IMG/VR virus record: IMGVR_UViG_3300032236_002285
Span: 310,001-374,000 of that record
Length of the DNA: 64,000 bases
Direction: 5' to 3' (one strand)
In this document: positions 1-9,432 of the stretch, one piece after another
Layout of the letters: each line of letters opens with the position of its first letter
Position numbering within the stretch: position 1 is the first letter of the stretch
Notes under the pieces: generated by a model
The model's input: the letters and a program-made list of their open reading frames with translations, nothing else
Database searches by the model: none
What the model was told of the DNA's origin: nothing
Program-made: the position numbers and the translations under genes

Positions 1-441
1 AACTCTACCTTTGTCAATAAAGGGATTTAAAAAAGGCGTATGAACAAAGTATCTTTTTAATTTACCTGACTTTTTTATCCATTTTGAAGCAGATAAAATA
101 CAAACAACTTCCGGAAATTTATCAAACCAAATTTGACAATGTTCTAGATATGATGGATGATATAAATCATCACCGTCTATGTGAAATATAAATTCACCTT
201 TAGCATATAAAGAAGGATTTCTATAGAATTCTCTCTTCTCAGTTTGTATAATTCTTCTAACCCTTTTATCTTTTTTAGATATCTCTAATAAAGTTTTATC
301 AGTTTCTGGATTATCTGAAAAATCATCAGTGACAACCCATTCCCAATCTACATTTTGAGTTTTAGCACACTCATATAATCTGTAGATGTAAGATGGATCG
401 TCACCGAAGAAAGATGTTACAATAGAGAATTTAGGACTCAT
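1..441 (-). CDS. GT2 (GT-A fold) glycosyltransferase, 3' end outside window
   Basis: Not in ORF track. My translation from ATG 441 is open to position 1: MSPKFSIVTSFF...WEWVVTDDFS...GEFIFHIDGDD (DxD motif). Confidence 0.75.
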   Translation of the reverse strand, partial: MSPKFSIVTSFFGDDPSYIYRLYECAKTQNVDWEWVVTDDFSDNPETDKTLLEISKKDKRVRRIIQTEKREFYRNPSLYAKGEFIFHIDGDDLYHPSYLEHCQIWFDKFPEVVCILSASKWIKKSGKLKRYFVHTPFLNPFIDKGRV

Positions 442-444
442 TAA

Positions 445-1401
445 TTAAAAATCGTCATCTAATTTATCAAAGTCAATAGCCTTGTCTGATACTTTTTGAT
501 ATTCAGCAACTCTTTTCTCAAAGAAGTTAGTTTTACCTTGTAAAGAAATCATATCCATAAAGTCAAAAGGATTTTCAACATTATAAACCTTTTTACAACC
601 TAAAGCACTCATCCAAAAATCAGCAACATACTCAATATATTGTTCCATCAATCTAGAATTCATACCAATTAAAGATACTGGTAAAGACTCAGTGATGAAT
701 TCTCTTTCGATATCAACAGCTGAGCAAATAATTTCTTGAATTCTTTCAGCACTTACTTTGTTTTGAATATATCTATTGTGTAACAAAGTAGCAAATTGAC
801 AATGTAAGCCTTCATCTCTTGAGATTAACTCATTAGAGAAAGTTAAACCTGGCATTAAACCTCTTTTCTTTAACCAGAAGATAGAACAGAATGAACCAGA
901 GAAAAAGATACCTTCAACAGCAGCAAATGCGATTAATCTTTCAGCAAATGATTCAGAGTTAATCCACTTCAAAGCCCAATCAGCTTTCTTCATAATAGAA
1001 GGGAAGTTGTCAATTGCGTGAAACAATCTATCTTTTTCAGCTGAATCTTTGATATAAGTATCAATTAAAAGAGAGTATGTTTCAGAGTGAACATTCTCCA
1101 TCGCAATTTGAAAACCATAGAAAGATTTTGCTTCTGGGTACTGAACTTCTTTTAGGAAGTTTTCGGCTAAGTTTTCATTTACAATACCGTCAGATGCGGC
1201 AAAGAATGCTAAAACCATTTTAATAAAATGCTGTTCATCGGCATTTAATTTTTCATTCCAATCGGTTAAGTCTTGAGCTAAATCAATTTCCTCGGCAGTC
1301 CAAAAGCTCATCTCAGCCGTCTTATACATTTCCCAAATATCGTGATATTTTAAGGGAAACATTACAAATCTGTCTTTGTTTTCTTGTAGTATGTGTTCCA
1401 T
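445..1401 (-). CDS. nrdB: Ribonucleotide reductase class Ia beta (R2) subunit
   Basis: [44 protein letters not shown] and KTNFFEKRV motifs. Confidence 0.96.
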   Translation of the reverse strand: MEHILQENKDRFVMFPLKYHDIWEMYKTAEMSFWTAEEIDLAQDLTDWNEKLNADEQHFIKMVLAFFAASDGIVNENLAENFLKEVQYPEAKSFYGFQIAMENVHSETYSLLIDTYIKDSAEKDRLFHAIDNFPSIMKKADWALKWINSESFAERLIAFAAVEGIFFSGSFCSIFWLKKRGLMPGLTFSNELISRDEGLHCQFATLLHNRYIQNKVSAERIQEIICSAVDIEREFITESLPVSLIGMNSRLMEQYIEYVADFWMSALGCKKVYNVENPFDFMDMISLQGKTNFFEKRVAEYQKVSDKAIDFDKLDDDF

Positions 1402-1480
1402 ATTTTTAATTTATTTGTATTTATTTATATAGGTATTTATTAATAATGTTTAGTTTCTTTTTTATTTAATCCAAACTTAC

Positions 1481-1488
1481 TATATTTG
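1481..1488 (+). promoter_or_regulatory. Bacteroidota primary-sigma -7 element (TATATTTG)
   Basis: Matches TAnnTTTG; intergenic, upstream of ATG 1536. Confidence 0.6.
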
Positions 1489-1535
1489 TACTTTATAACA
1501 TTTAAAAGTTGAATACCGCAGAAACAAATAAAAAA

Positions 1536-2063
1536 ATGAAATGGACGAATAAGCGATCGAGAATAGTCGATGCGCTTGAAAGTAACGCGCATGAGAATAA
1601 ATTGGAAAGTATGATAAGTAACTTATCACTTTTGAACTCAGATGAATTTTCAAAAGTAAAAAATCGACTACTTTTCTTGGCTTTAAAAAATGCTTCAAAA
1701 GAGTGTGCTGAATTTCTTTTAAGTAAAGAATCAAAGTTTAACTCTATTGATATATTGCGTAAGTGTGACTGGACTAAAATGGTTGAGGTATTTAATTTAT
1801 TAAAACTTCATGAAGATAAAGACGACTCAGGAAATCATAAATCACTTCAAAAAGCATATCTAATAAATCGTTTAGTTGATCCTTCAAAAGTAGATGCTAA
1901 TAAAGAAAGAGTTGATTTCTTATTCAAGTTAATATCTGATGGATTTTTTACGGCTGAACAAGTTAGAGACCAAATAGAAGAAAACTACAAAGGTAAGCCT
2001 GAAAAGAAAGGTAGTTTTATTGCCATCTACCGAGAATTGACTTTAAAAGAATTGGGTATATGA
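1536..2063 (+). CDS. Hypothetical protein with C-terminal RxxxLxxL tag (RELTLKELGI); possible ankyrin-like segment
   Basis: ORF track (TTG 1509); ATG 1536 preferred. ALKNASKECAEFLLS weakly resembles an ankyrin repeat. Confidence 0.7.
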   Translation: MKWTNKRSRIVDALESNAHENKLESMISNLSLLNSDEFSKVKNRLLFLALKNASKECAEFLLSKESKFNSIDILRKCDWTKMVEVFNLLKLHEDKDDSGNHKSLQKAYLINRLVDPSKVDANKERVDFLFKLISDGFFTAEQVRDQIEENYKGKPEKKGSFIAIYRELTLKELGI

Positions 2064-2302
2064 GAGACTTGTTTAAGATAAAAGATGAATATGCTTATCA
2101 AAGTTGGTATAGTGATGGTGTATTTGAATTAGATTATATACATAGTGATAGACATATGCCTAGTTTTGGCACTGATTGTTCTTGGACTAACTTTAAAACC
2201 AAAGAAACTATTAATATTTGGGATAGATGTATGAGAAAAATAACTGATGAAGAAGGTAAACAACTTATCAGAGAATATAATTTATCTCAATTAGGAATTT
2301 AA
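2060..2302 (+). CDS. Hypothetical protein with C-terminal tag (REYNLSQLGI)
   Basis: ORF track; ATGA overlap with the upstream gene. Confidence 0.7.
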   Translation: MRDLFKIKDEYAYQSWYSDGVFELDYIHSDRHMPSFGTDCSWTNFKTKETINIWDRCMRKITDEEGKQLIREYNLSQLGI

Positions 2303-3057
2303 TAAGCGGATTTTGTATCAGTTGATAAGTTATTTAGCTTATCAACTGCTGCATAACCCATACCAAATCTATTTACCATAGGTAACATAGAGTTAATTTG
2401 ATCAGATGTTCTAACACCACCAGAGGCTTTAATATTCATTTGCTTACCAGAATCTTTGATTGTGTCAAACATAATTTGAATCTTATTCATTTCAGCACCA
2501 ACAGCTACTTTACCGGTAGATGTTTTAATAAAATCAGCACCGGCTTCTAAACAAATATCAGTTGCTATTTTAGTTTCTTCTTCTGAAAGTAATCCAGATT
2601 CAACAATAACTTTAAGTATAACTTTTTCACCTTCTTTATTAGTATTAGAGTGACAAATATTAACCAATGAAGAAACTTCTTCAACTAAGAAATCATAATT
2701 TTCTTTCTTATTCTCAATTAACATTTTATAATTAAGAACCATATCAACCTCATCAGCACCATCAGAAATAACCTGTCTAGTTTGATCTTCTTTTTGAGTT
2801 AGTGATAAATTACCTTCTGGGAAAGAAACAACCGTACAAACTAAAACCTTTGAATGTATTAATTGTTCTTTAGCTAAGGCAACGTGTTTAGGAAGAACAC
2901 AAACTGATTTTACACCTAGCATATCAGCTTTTTTACAAAGGTTGATAATATCTGCGTCAGTTGCTGAGTCTTCTAATAAAGTATAATCAATCATGTTGTT
3001 ATACTGGAACATATTGTTCTCTTTAATAAATTGTGTGTAGTTCTTAATCTTTTTCAT
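2299..3057 (-). CDS. deoC: Deoxyribose-phosphate aldolase with N-terminal CTS-like tag
   Basis: IDYTLL, GADEVDMV, LKVIVESG, GADFIKTSTGK, IKASGGVR. Likely start MKKIKNYTQFIKE at 3057. Confidence 0.93.
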   Translation of the reverse strand: MKKIKNYTQFIKENNMFQYNNMIDYTLLEDSATDADIINLCKKADMLGVKSVCVLPKHVALAKEQLIHSKVLVCTVVSFPEGNLSLTQKEDQTRQVISDGADEVDMVLNYKMLIENKKENYDFLVEEVSSLVNICHSNTNKEGEKVILKVIVESGLLSEEETKIATDICLEAGADFIKTSTGKVAVGAEMNKIQIMFDTIKDSGKQMNIKASGGVRTSDQINSMLPMVNRFGMGYAAVDKLNNLSTDTKSAY

Positions 3058-3058
3058 A

Positions 3059-4036
3059 TTACTTTTCAAAATTTACCATTGTTTTTACAAACAACTTCAT
3101 ATCTTCAGTTGTTCTCATAATTTTAGAAACGTGAGGAAGATTCCAAGGTGAGTGACCAGAGATTTTCCACCCATCAATATACCAAGCAAACATTGGTTTA
3201 TTCAAGAATGATGTTTGTTGTAATTCGCCAAATGTACCACCACTTGTTACTTCATTGAATCCTACAAATACAGCATCACACTTGTTCACAATCAATTCAT
3301 CTTCAGGTTCAATTGTACCAGAGAAGATTCTTGATATCTCATCAAATTGTCTTGGGTCTTTAGTATCTTCATATTCACCAGATTTGAACTTACCCATTTC
3401 TTTACCAAAGTTAGGATTCTTAGTTCTATCCATTTCTTTTCTAACCGGATTAAGAACAGCTGGTCTATCATAATATTTAAGTGTGTAATTGTTACCTTCT
3501 TCAACAAATTGAGCTAAGTGTTCACCATCTACTACATAAGCAGGTTGTACTACAACATTCTGACCGTGATAAGGAATGTTAATCTTTTCCATTTCTTCAT
3601 AAGGTGAACCAGGGTTATTTACTTCAAATTCATATTCTACTTGAGCTCTCCATCCTGCGCCAACATCTTTAGCTTTATCCATACCACCGGCAAGGTATAT
3701 AGAATTTAATTCAAATGCTCTAAAGTTTTTCTTGATATCATCTAAAGTTGTTAAGTCAAAAAGGTCTAACTTACCAATCAATTCGGTATAAAATCTTTTT
3801 TTCTTGTTAACAATGTAGTTCATTATCTTTTCATCAAACCATTTAATAAGACGGTCTTTTAAGTTACTAAAGAAACCTTCATTTAGTGATTCAGTTAAAA
3901 GTGGTTGTAAATCTTTTTTAAGAGCTGGTATATCTTTTGATGAAATATTTTGAGCAATGTAATTTAGAATTGCTTCTAAATCTTTTTGTTCTTGATTATC
4001 ATACGACTCATTGAATTGTTGCCAGTTTTGGATCAT
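3059..4036 (-). CDS. Nucleoside 2-deoxyribosyltransferase-like protein with N-terminal CTS-like tag
   Basis: SIYLAGGM, KCDAVFV and TSGGTFGE motifs of the NDT/Rcl family; begins MIQNWQQFNES. Confidence 0.6.
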   Translation of the reverse strand: MIQNWQQFNESYDNQEQKDLEAILNYIAQNISSKDIPALKKDLQPLLTESLNEGFFSNLKDRLIKWFDEKIMNYIVNKKKRFYTELIGKLDLFDLTTLDDIKKNFRAFELNSIYLAGGMDKAKDVGAGWRAQVEYEFEVNNPGSPYEEMEKINIPYHGQNVVVQPAYVVDGEHLAQFVEEGNNYTLKYYDRPAVLNPVRKEMDRTKNPNFGKEMGKFKSGEYEDTKDPRQFDEISRIFSGTIEPEDELIVNKCDAVFVGFNEVTSGGTFGELQQTSFLNKPMFAWYIDGWKISGHSPWNLPHVSKIMRTTEDMKLFVKTMVNFEK

Positions 4037-4057
4037 AAAAATCTTTTATGTTTTTTT

Positions 4058-4066
4058 TATATATTA
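4058..4066 (-). promoter_or_regulatory. Putative phage late promoter TAATATATA
   Basis: Exact 9-mer about 22 nt upstream of ATG 4036; recurs at about 17 intergenic sites. Confidence 0.6.
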
Positions 4067-4078
4067 AATTTTGATTTG

Positions 4079-4086
4079 TATATTTG
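4079..4086 (+). promoter_or_regulatory. Bacteroidota -7 element (TATATTTG)
   Basis: TAnnTTTG 5 nt before ATG 4092. Confidence 0.6.
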
Positions 4087-4091
4087 TAGTT

Positions 4092-4496
4092 ATGAAGTTA
4101 TATTATAACGGTAAAGGATATCCAGTTAAATGGAAATCTTTAATCAGAAAAGACATGTGGTATAATATGGAACCTGTAAAAATTAAATTTACACTTCCAG
4201 AATCTGTATATAAAGCTATACTTTTAGATATAAAATTAGATAATGAAAATAAAACTCTAAGAGATATTTTCAGATTTAATTTACTTTTACAAAAAGGCGA
4301 AATGTCAAGAGATAGAAATAAACTTGTTGTGGAAACAAATGAGTATTGGAAGATAGATACTTACTTAGATAGAGTTTCAACAACTTCTAAATTTAGAAAT
4401 GGAGATATTACTGCTATTTTTGAAGTTTCTATTTTTGAAGAAGAAGAATTAGACAAATCTGAACTTAGAGAAGTTTTATTAAATGAACTTGTTTAA
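4092..4496 (+). CDS. Hypothetical protein with C-terminal tag (REVLLNELV)
   Basis: ORF track extension to 4071 runs through the promoter; ATG 4092 preferred. Confidence 0.7.
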   Translation: MKLYYNGKGYPVKWKSLIRKDMWYNMEPVKIKFTLPESVYKAILLDIKLDNENKTLRDIFRFNLLLQKGEMSRDRNKLVVETNEYWKIDTYLDRVSTTSKFRNGDITAIFEVSIFEEEELDKSELREVLLNELV

Positions 4497-4500
4497 AAGC

Positions 4501-4577
4501 GAAAACACCGAGGAGCGAATTCGGTGTTTTCTATAGTTACCCGTTGGGGTTATAACTATAACCGGTCCTAAGCGGTT
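4501..4577 (+). ncRNA. Candidate structured RNA containing a 23S rRNA helix-69-like sequence
   Basis: 11-bp hairpin 4501-4511/4521-4531; TATAGTTA/TAACTATA stem; AACCG/CGGTT stem; TAACTATAAC(C)GGTCCTAAG at 4553-4572. Confidence 0.45.
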
Positions 4578-4652
4578 TCAAATAATAAATTATATATTAA
4601 ACTTTTATCTCTCTAAAACATAAAACAGAAGTAAATATAAATAAAATAAGAA

Positions 4653-4967
4653 ATGATTAAACACGAAATTAAGGTTGAATTTTCAAACTCAGAAGCTCTT
4701 AAAACACTTATCAACAAGGCTTACTTCGAACAAGGACAAATGGGTAAGATAATGGGGAAAGAAAATTATATCAAAGTTGATGAATCAACAGATGATATTG
4801 CCTACACAATTTTCAAAGGATTAAACAGCACAACTGCTAAAATAACCAATGAAGAAGTCATTGATGGAACAATGCGATTTATGATTGATGAAACTCAAGG
4901 CGAGGTTAGACTTTATCCGATTTCTATTTATTGTATTCAAGAAGAAAGTAAGTATATCTTTTATTAA
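4653..4967 (+). CDS. Hypothetical protein
   Basis: ORF track; A-rich leader. Confidence 0.7.
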   Translation: MIKHEIKVEFSNSEALKTLINKAYFEQGQMGKIMGKENYIKVDESTDDIAYTIFKGLNSTTAKITNEEVIDGTMRFMIDETQGEVRLYPISIYCIQEESKYIFY

Positions 4968-5257
4968 AGATATCTTTGGATATTCCCATATCTATCTACT
5001 ATACAGGTTCTACCATCTTTTTTTCTAAGAATTATACCACTATCATGGAATCTGGCCTCAAAGCCATCATTTGATATAACTCTTCTTACGGTACCATTGA
5101 TGTCTTTTAGCTCAACCTTTCCGTCAGTTTTTGTTACTAAAAAAGTAGATGTTGCTTCATCAAATGTACCAAAGACAACATTTTCGGAAATTCTACGACC
5201 TAGATTTCCCCACTTATCACAGATATAAAGAGTTCTATTTATTATTTTATATTCCAT
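4964..5257 (-). CDS. Hypothetical beta-repeat (WG/propeller-like) protein
   Basis: Repeated D-x-x-G-N/T-x-x-R-x-I units; TAATATATA at 5264-5272. Confidence 0.6.
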   Translation of the reverse strand: MEYKIINRTLYICDKWGNLGRRISENVVFGTFDEATSTFLVTKTDGKVELKDINGTVRRVISNDGFEARFHDSGIILRKKDGRTCIVDRYGNIQRYL

Positions 5258-5278
5258 ATTTTATATATATTAAATATT

Positions 5279-5755
5279 ATGATAGTTGAATTTAATAAGT
5301 TTGTAGGTAGAGTAAAAGTTGATTCTTTAGATAAAGAAGAAGTTATTGAATTAGTTAGTGTTATAACTAAATTAAGACCTTCTTTGCCTGATTTAACTGA
5401 TGCAAATATATCAAAACTTATAGACAATATAACTTATTATTTGTCCGAAGATGGTAAATATAAAATCTCTGTTTATTTTAGAGAAAGTGATGTTTATCAA
5501 AATGAAGATGGTACTACAACTTATGGTAAATTCAAATCTTTATACAAAGTAAATATTGTTAAGTTAGAAGGTGATTTCAAAATAGGTGATATTAAAGATT
5601 ATACTTTATTAACATCAAGTATCATTCAAGAGGTTTATCCAGAGTCTAAGATTATAATTAAAGTCGATGATGAAAGAATACCAATGGGTGATTTCAAAGT
5701 ACTTAATGATGATGAGACTATTGATAATCTGAAACTTGTTATTAGAATTCTTTAA
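5279..5755 (+). CDS. Hypothetical protein
   Basis: ORF track; divergent from 5257. Confidence 0.7.
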   Translation: MIVEFNKFVGRVKVDSLDKEEVIELVSVITKLRPSLPDLTDANISKLIDNITYYLSEDGKYKISVYFRESDVYQNEDGTTTYGKFKSLYKVNIVKLEGDFKIGDIKDYTLLTSSIIQEVYPESKIIIKVDDERIPMGDFKVLNDDETIDNLKLVIRIL

Positions 5756-5759
5756 AAGT

Positions 5760-5788
5760 AAAAAACCACTTTCAAGTGGTTTTTTTTT
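5760..5788. terminator. Bidirectional intrinsic terminator
   Basis: AAAAACCACT-TTCA-AGTGGTTTTTTTT between convergent genes. Confidence 0.8.
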
Positions 5789-6236
5789 ATTGTATATTTT
5801 TAAGTTTTGCTATTTGTCTTTCAAGACTTTGAATTTTTGCCTCGTATTCGGCTTTACTAATCTTCTTAGCATCATAGAAGCCGGTAGAGAATAATTCTAA
5901 ATTATTTTTAATTGTAGCTGCTTTGATTCTAGCATGTAATTTAGAAACAGCTTTAACATTTATAATTGTTCCTATATTTCTACCATAATCATCTGTGTTA
6001 TATACTTCATAAATATCCCATTCATCAGTCATTGTTGGGTTTAATACTGATAGATGATTAACTTCCGCTATTCTTTTATCATAGTATTCTGTATTTTTTG
6101 AAGATACGACTTTAGTACACCAATCTTTGAATTTTTCACCAAGCTTTTCTAAAAATTCGTTTACATCAGATTCAACATCAATTGGATCTTTGTAAGTATC
6201 TGATTCAAATATTTTATAATTATTTAAATGTTTCAT
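5787..6236 (-). CDS. Hypothetical protein with CTS-like N-terminus (MKHLNNYKIFES)
   Basis: ORF track; downstream of the neck gene. Confidence 0.75.
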   Translation of the reverse strand: MKHLNNYKIFESDTYKDPIDVESDVNEFLEKLGEKFKDWCTKVVSSKNTEYYDKRIAEVNHLSVLNPTMTDEWDIYEVYNTDDYGRNIGTIINVKAVSKLHARIKAATIKNNLELFSTGFYDAKKISKAEYEAKIQSLERQIAKLKNIQ

Positions 6237-6246
6237 ATTTTATTTA

Positions 6247-7050
6247 TTATCTTTTAACCATGTAGAACCAACTCGATGTTGATTGTCCTTTTACTTCTTC
6301 TTCAACTTGTTGAACTTCTTCTTTTCCTTGAGTAACCAAATCAGCCGCTTGAATTTTAACACCACCTGGTAAAGTAAAGTCATAACGACCCATTAAGTTA
6401 CCTAGTTGTTGCTTAGCATATCCAACAACATACTTAAAGAAAATATCTTCTTTGAATAAATTCTCTTGAGGAATATTAGCATATGCCTCCATAATAACAT
6501 GATAATTAACTTTAGTTAAGATATGTAATCTGTGATTTAATTGATTGAATTGATATCTTAAAGTGTATTTATTCATCTGATTTAACATATCAGACATATT
6601 ATCTAATACGGTTTTATAAATACCCAATTCACCAATTGTAGTAACATATGATGATAAATAAGGCTGATTAGTAACACCTAAGTTAACTGATAAGTTAGGA
6701 GTATTAATACCTAGTTGGAATAAACTACTACCTCTAACCTCATAAAGATAAACAACGGTTTGAATCTCACAAGGAACATTTACATAACTATATTTGGTAA
6801 ATTCTTCTGAATAAAAAGCACTTTGGTCAATAAAATAATATAACTTTTGAACAGCATACTGATAATTACGATAAAACCAAGGAAGTGCTCTTGTTTCAAT
6901 AATTTGTCTGATATTAGCATCAGGTAAAGTCTTTGGCAAAGCACAAGATATAGTTAATTCGTTTTGAACTAAGTCTATCATTTCTTCAATTGTGTACCCA
7001 CCTTGATAAGGTACATAATCTGCGTTTCCATAACCGTTTATATCTGCCAT
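6247..7050 (-). CDS. T4 gp13-like neck (head completion) protein
   Basis: C-terminal KQQLGNLMGRYDFTLPGGVKIQAADLVTQGKEEVQQVEEE resembles the gp13 LPGGV motif; TAATATATA at 7072-7080. Confidence 0.7.
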   Translation of the reverse strand: MADINGYGNADYVPYQGGYTIEEMIDLVQNELTISCALPKTLPDANIRQIIETRALPWFYRNYQYAVQKLYYFIDQSAFYSEEFTKYSYVNVPCEIQTVVYLYEVRGSSLFQLGINTPNLSVNLGVTNQPYLSSYVTTIGELGIYKTVLDNMSDMLNQMNKYTLRYQFNQLNHRLHILTKVNYHVIMEAYANIPQENLFKEDIFFKYVVGYAKQQLGNLMGRYDFTLPGGVKIQAADLVTQGKEEVQQVEEEVKGQSTSSWFYMVKR

Positions 7051-7081
7051 AAAAATTATATTTCTTTTGTTTATATATTAA

Positions 7082-7113
7082 TTTGGCATTTTCACTTATT
7101 ATTCTTATCTTTG
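7082..7113 (+). promoter_or_regulatory. Bacteroidota sigma-A-type promoter TTTG-N20-TATCTTTG
   Basis: -33 TTTG at 7082-7085 and -7 TATCTTTG at 7106-7113; canonical spacing; ATG at 7118. Confidence 0.75.
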
Positions 7114-7117
7114 CATT

Positions 7118-7306
7118 ATGAAAAACAAGAAAACCACTACAATAGGAAAATTTACAAAAGAAGATATTAGAAAAGCTAATAGAATGACTGGTCGTGAAAT
7201 TGACTTGGTTAATTCAGTTGGTTGGGTTGCTGTTCATAAATCTCATAAATCTGCTAAAGATTATACAAGAAAACCTAAACATAAAAAAAGCTATTCATTT
7301 GAATAG
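7118..7306 (+). CDS. Small basic protein with ArfA-like C-terminal motif
   Basis: KANR...RE and VHKSHKSAKDYTRKPKHKK, compared with ArfA KGSYxRKxKH; ends in TAG. Confidence 0.45.
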   Translation: MKNKKTTTIGKFTKEDIRKANRMTGREIDLVNSVGWVAVHKSHKSAKDYTRKPKHKKSYSFE

Positions 7307-7474
7307 CCTTTTAATTTTTTTCTTTCTTTTCTCATTGTTTAAAGCATCTTTTCCAGAGACTCTTAACTCTTTCCAATTGCTACCATCAAATACATAAGTT
7401 TTACTTTTATTAATATCATAGTAAACTTCACCGGTTGATGGACTATGAGATTCCCAAGTATTTTGAGCTATCAT
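7295..7474 (-). CDS. Small hypothetical protein (59 aa) with C-terminal tag variant (KRKKKIKRLFK)
   Basis: Not in ORF track. My translation is MIAQNTWESHSPSTGEVYYD...FDGSNWKEL...; the ATG overlaps the dnaJ stop. Confidence 0.65.
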   Translation of the reverse strand: MIAQNTWESHSPSTGEVYYDINKSKTYVFDGSNWKELRVSGKDALNNEKRKKKIKRLFK

Positions 7475-8523
7475 ACTTCAAAATTTTTAGATTTTTTTAA
7501 CTTTTCAAGAACTAATTTTTCGTCAAGTTCAATCTTCTTAGGTATTTTTACTGATATCTTGATATATAAATCACCTAAGCCATATTGTATATCAGGAATA
7601 CCCTTACCACTAATTCTAATAACTTTACCATGTTCTGTTCCTGGCTCAATAGCCACTGCCATTTCACCATGAGGTGTTTTAACTTTAACATTTGAGCCAA
7701 TAATAGCATCTATCACAGAAATAGTTTTTTCTACAATAATATTATTATTCTCTCTCTTAAATGATAAGTCTCTTTCCTCTTCAACGATAATATGTAAATC
7801 ACCTGGTTGACCATTTCTAATGTAATTACCAAAACCTGTCATATTCATTTGCATTCCATTTGAAACACCCATTGGTATTTCAACTTCTACGGTTTGATCT
7901 TTAACAATAGTACCATCACCTTTACAATCATTACATTTTGTATGAACAACTTGACCACTACCCGCACAATCTGGACAAGTTGTTGCTTGTCTTATTTGAC
8001 CAAATGGTGTATTCTGAACTACGGTTCTTTGACCACTACCATTACAAGGAATACAATTTCTAACATCTGTACCACCCTTACCATCACAAGATGTACATTT
8101 GTCTTGTCTTTTATATTTTAATTTTTTTGTGGTGCCTTTTAATATCTCATCGATTGTTAACGTGACTTTAATTCTTAAATTAGAGCCTCTACTTTGTGGT
8201 CTTTGTCCACCATATCTTTGATTGAAAGCGTTGCCAAATATATCACCAAAGTTGCTAAAAATATCTTCCATTCCACCAAAACCACCATTATATGATGAAC
8301 CGGGACCAGATGCTGATCCAAATCTATCATAATTAGATTTTTTATCTGGTGTTGATAGAACATCATAAGCTTCAGCAGCTTCTTTGAACTTAGCTTCCGA
8401 CTCAACATCTCCATCATTTTTATCTGGGTGATATTTCATAGCCATCTTACGATAAGCTTTCTTAATTTCATCCGGTGTAGCATCCTTTTCAACACCTAAT
8501 ATGTTGTAGTAATCTTTACTCAT
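7471..8523 (-). CDS. dnaJ: DnaJ chaperone
   Basis: J-domain with HPD, G/F-rich region, four CxxCxGxG repeats, C-terminal domain. Confidence 0.97.
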   Translation of the reverse strand: MSKDYYNILGVEKDATPDEIKKAYRKMAMKYHPDKNDGDVESEAKFKEAAEAYDVLSTPDKKSNYDRFGSASGPGSSYNGGFGGMEDIFSNFGDIFGNAFNQRYGGQRPQSRGSNLRIKVTLTIDEILKGTTKKLKYKRQDKCTSCDGKGGTDVRNCIPCNGSGQRTVVQNTPFGQIRQATTCPDCAGSGQVVHTKCNDCKGDGTIVKDQTVEVEIPMGVSNGMQMNMTGFGNYIRNGQPGDLHIIVEEERDLSFKRENNNIIVEKTISVIDAIIGSNVKVKTPHGEMAVAIEPGTEHGKVIRISGKGIPDIQYGLGDLYIKISVKIPKKIELDEKLVLEKLKKSKNFEV

Positions 8524-8836
8524 ATGTTAATATTTGTCTTATTTTTGAATCTCTATATATTTGTACGGGTGTTTCGGTCAGTTTTATAGTCACCCATCTA
8601 TTGTAATTTATTCTAAACTCATTTTTATAAATTTGAGCTGACATAATTGGAAGTTCTTCTATAATTTCTTTGAAGATAGTATTAGCTTCTTCTAACTTCC
8701 AATCTTTCATCTCAGTTAGCCTTTTACAGAAATAATCCATACAAGGTGAAGCCGTATCTATAACATTCCCTAAATACTTATCTCCTTTGAATCCATCTGG
8801 TGCTGATTCGGATATTTCAACATACCAATCTATCAT
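8516..8836 (-). CDS. Hypothetical protein with C-terminal tag (RDSKIRQIL)
   Basis: ORF track; in the grpE-dnaJ operon. Confidence 0.7.
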   Translation of the reverse strand: MIDWYVEISESAPDGFKGDKYLGNVIDTASPCMDYFCKRLTEMKDWKLEEANTIFKEIIEELPIMSAQIYKNEFRINYNRWVTIKLTETPVQIYRDSKIRQILTYE

Positions 8837-9432
8837 AACAACTCATCTTTATTTTCTTCAAATATTTGGTTTATATTTTCTTCTCTTTTCCATTGTTTCA
8901 ACAAACTATCAATTGCTTGATCGTAGTCATTAATATCTCTAACTCTTTGAACTAAACCAGCTACATAATTATCAACTATTAAAGTCAATGTTTCTACCGT
9001 TCTGTCAATATGTTCGAAGTGTTCTAAGCAATTTTTTGACTTGATAAACATATCAATTAGATAATCAATAAACTCATCTACATTAAAATACATAGTAAAT
9101 AACTTGTATCTTTTATTTTCTGGTAGAACTCTACCATAGTTAGAATCTTTGAAAAGAGTTGGTGGATCAATAAAGACCTTACCAAAAACTCTTCTAATAG
9201 CAGGTAGAACCAAATCCAAAGTTTCATCTTCTTCTAAATATAAGGCGCCTTTGAATTCTTCTCTATCAAATAAGTGATATTTTTTATCAATAACATATTC
9301 TAATAAAGACTTAAATGAGTTAAGATATTTACTATCTATACCCTGACAAAGTGCGTCAATTATAGTTTTTTTGTAAACTACATCTTTATAAAGATCTAAG
9401 AAACTTTTTTTATTCTCTACCTTTTTAGACAT
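8833..9432 (-). CDS. Hypothetical protein with near-C-terminal tag (REENINQIF)
   Basis: ORF track; in the grpE-dnaJ operon. Confidence 0.7.
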   Translation of the reverse strand: MSKKVENKKSFLDLYKDVVYKKTIIDALCQGIDSKYLNSFKSLLEYVIDKKYHLFDREEFKGALYLEEDETLDLVLPAIRRVFGKVFIDPPTLFKDSNYGRVLPENKRYKLFTMYFNVDEFIDYLIDMFIKSKNCLEHFEHIDRTVETLTLIVDNYVAGLVQRVRDINDYDQAIDSLLKQWKREENINQIFEENKDELL

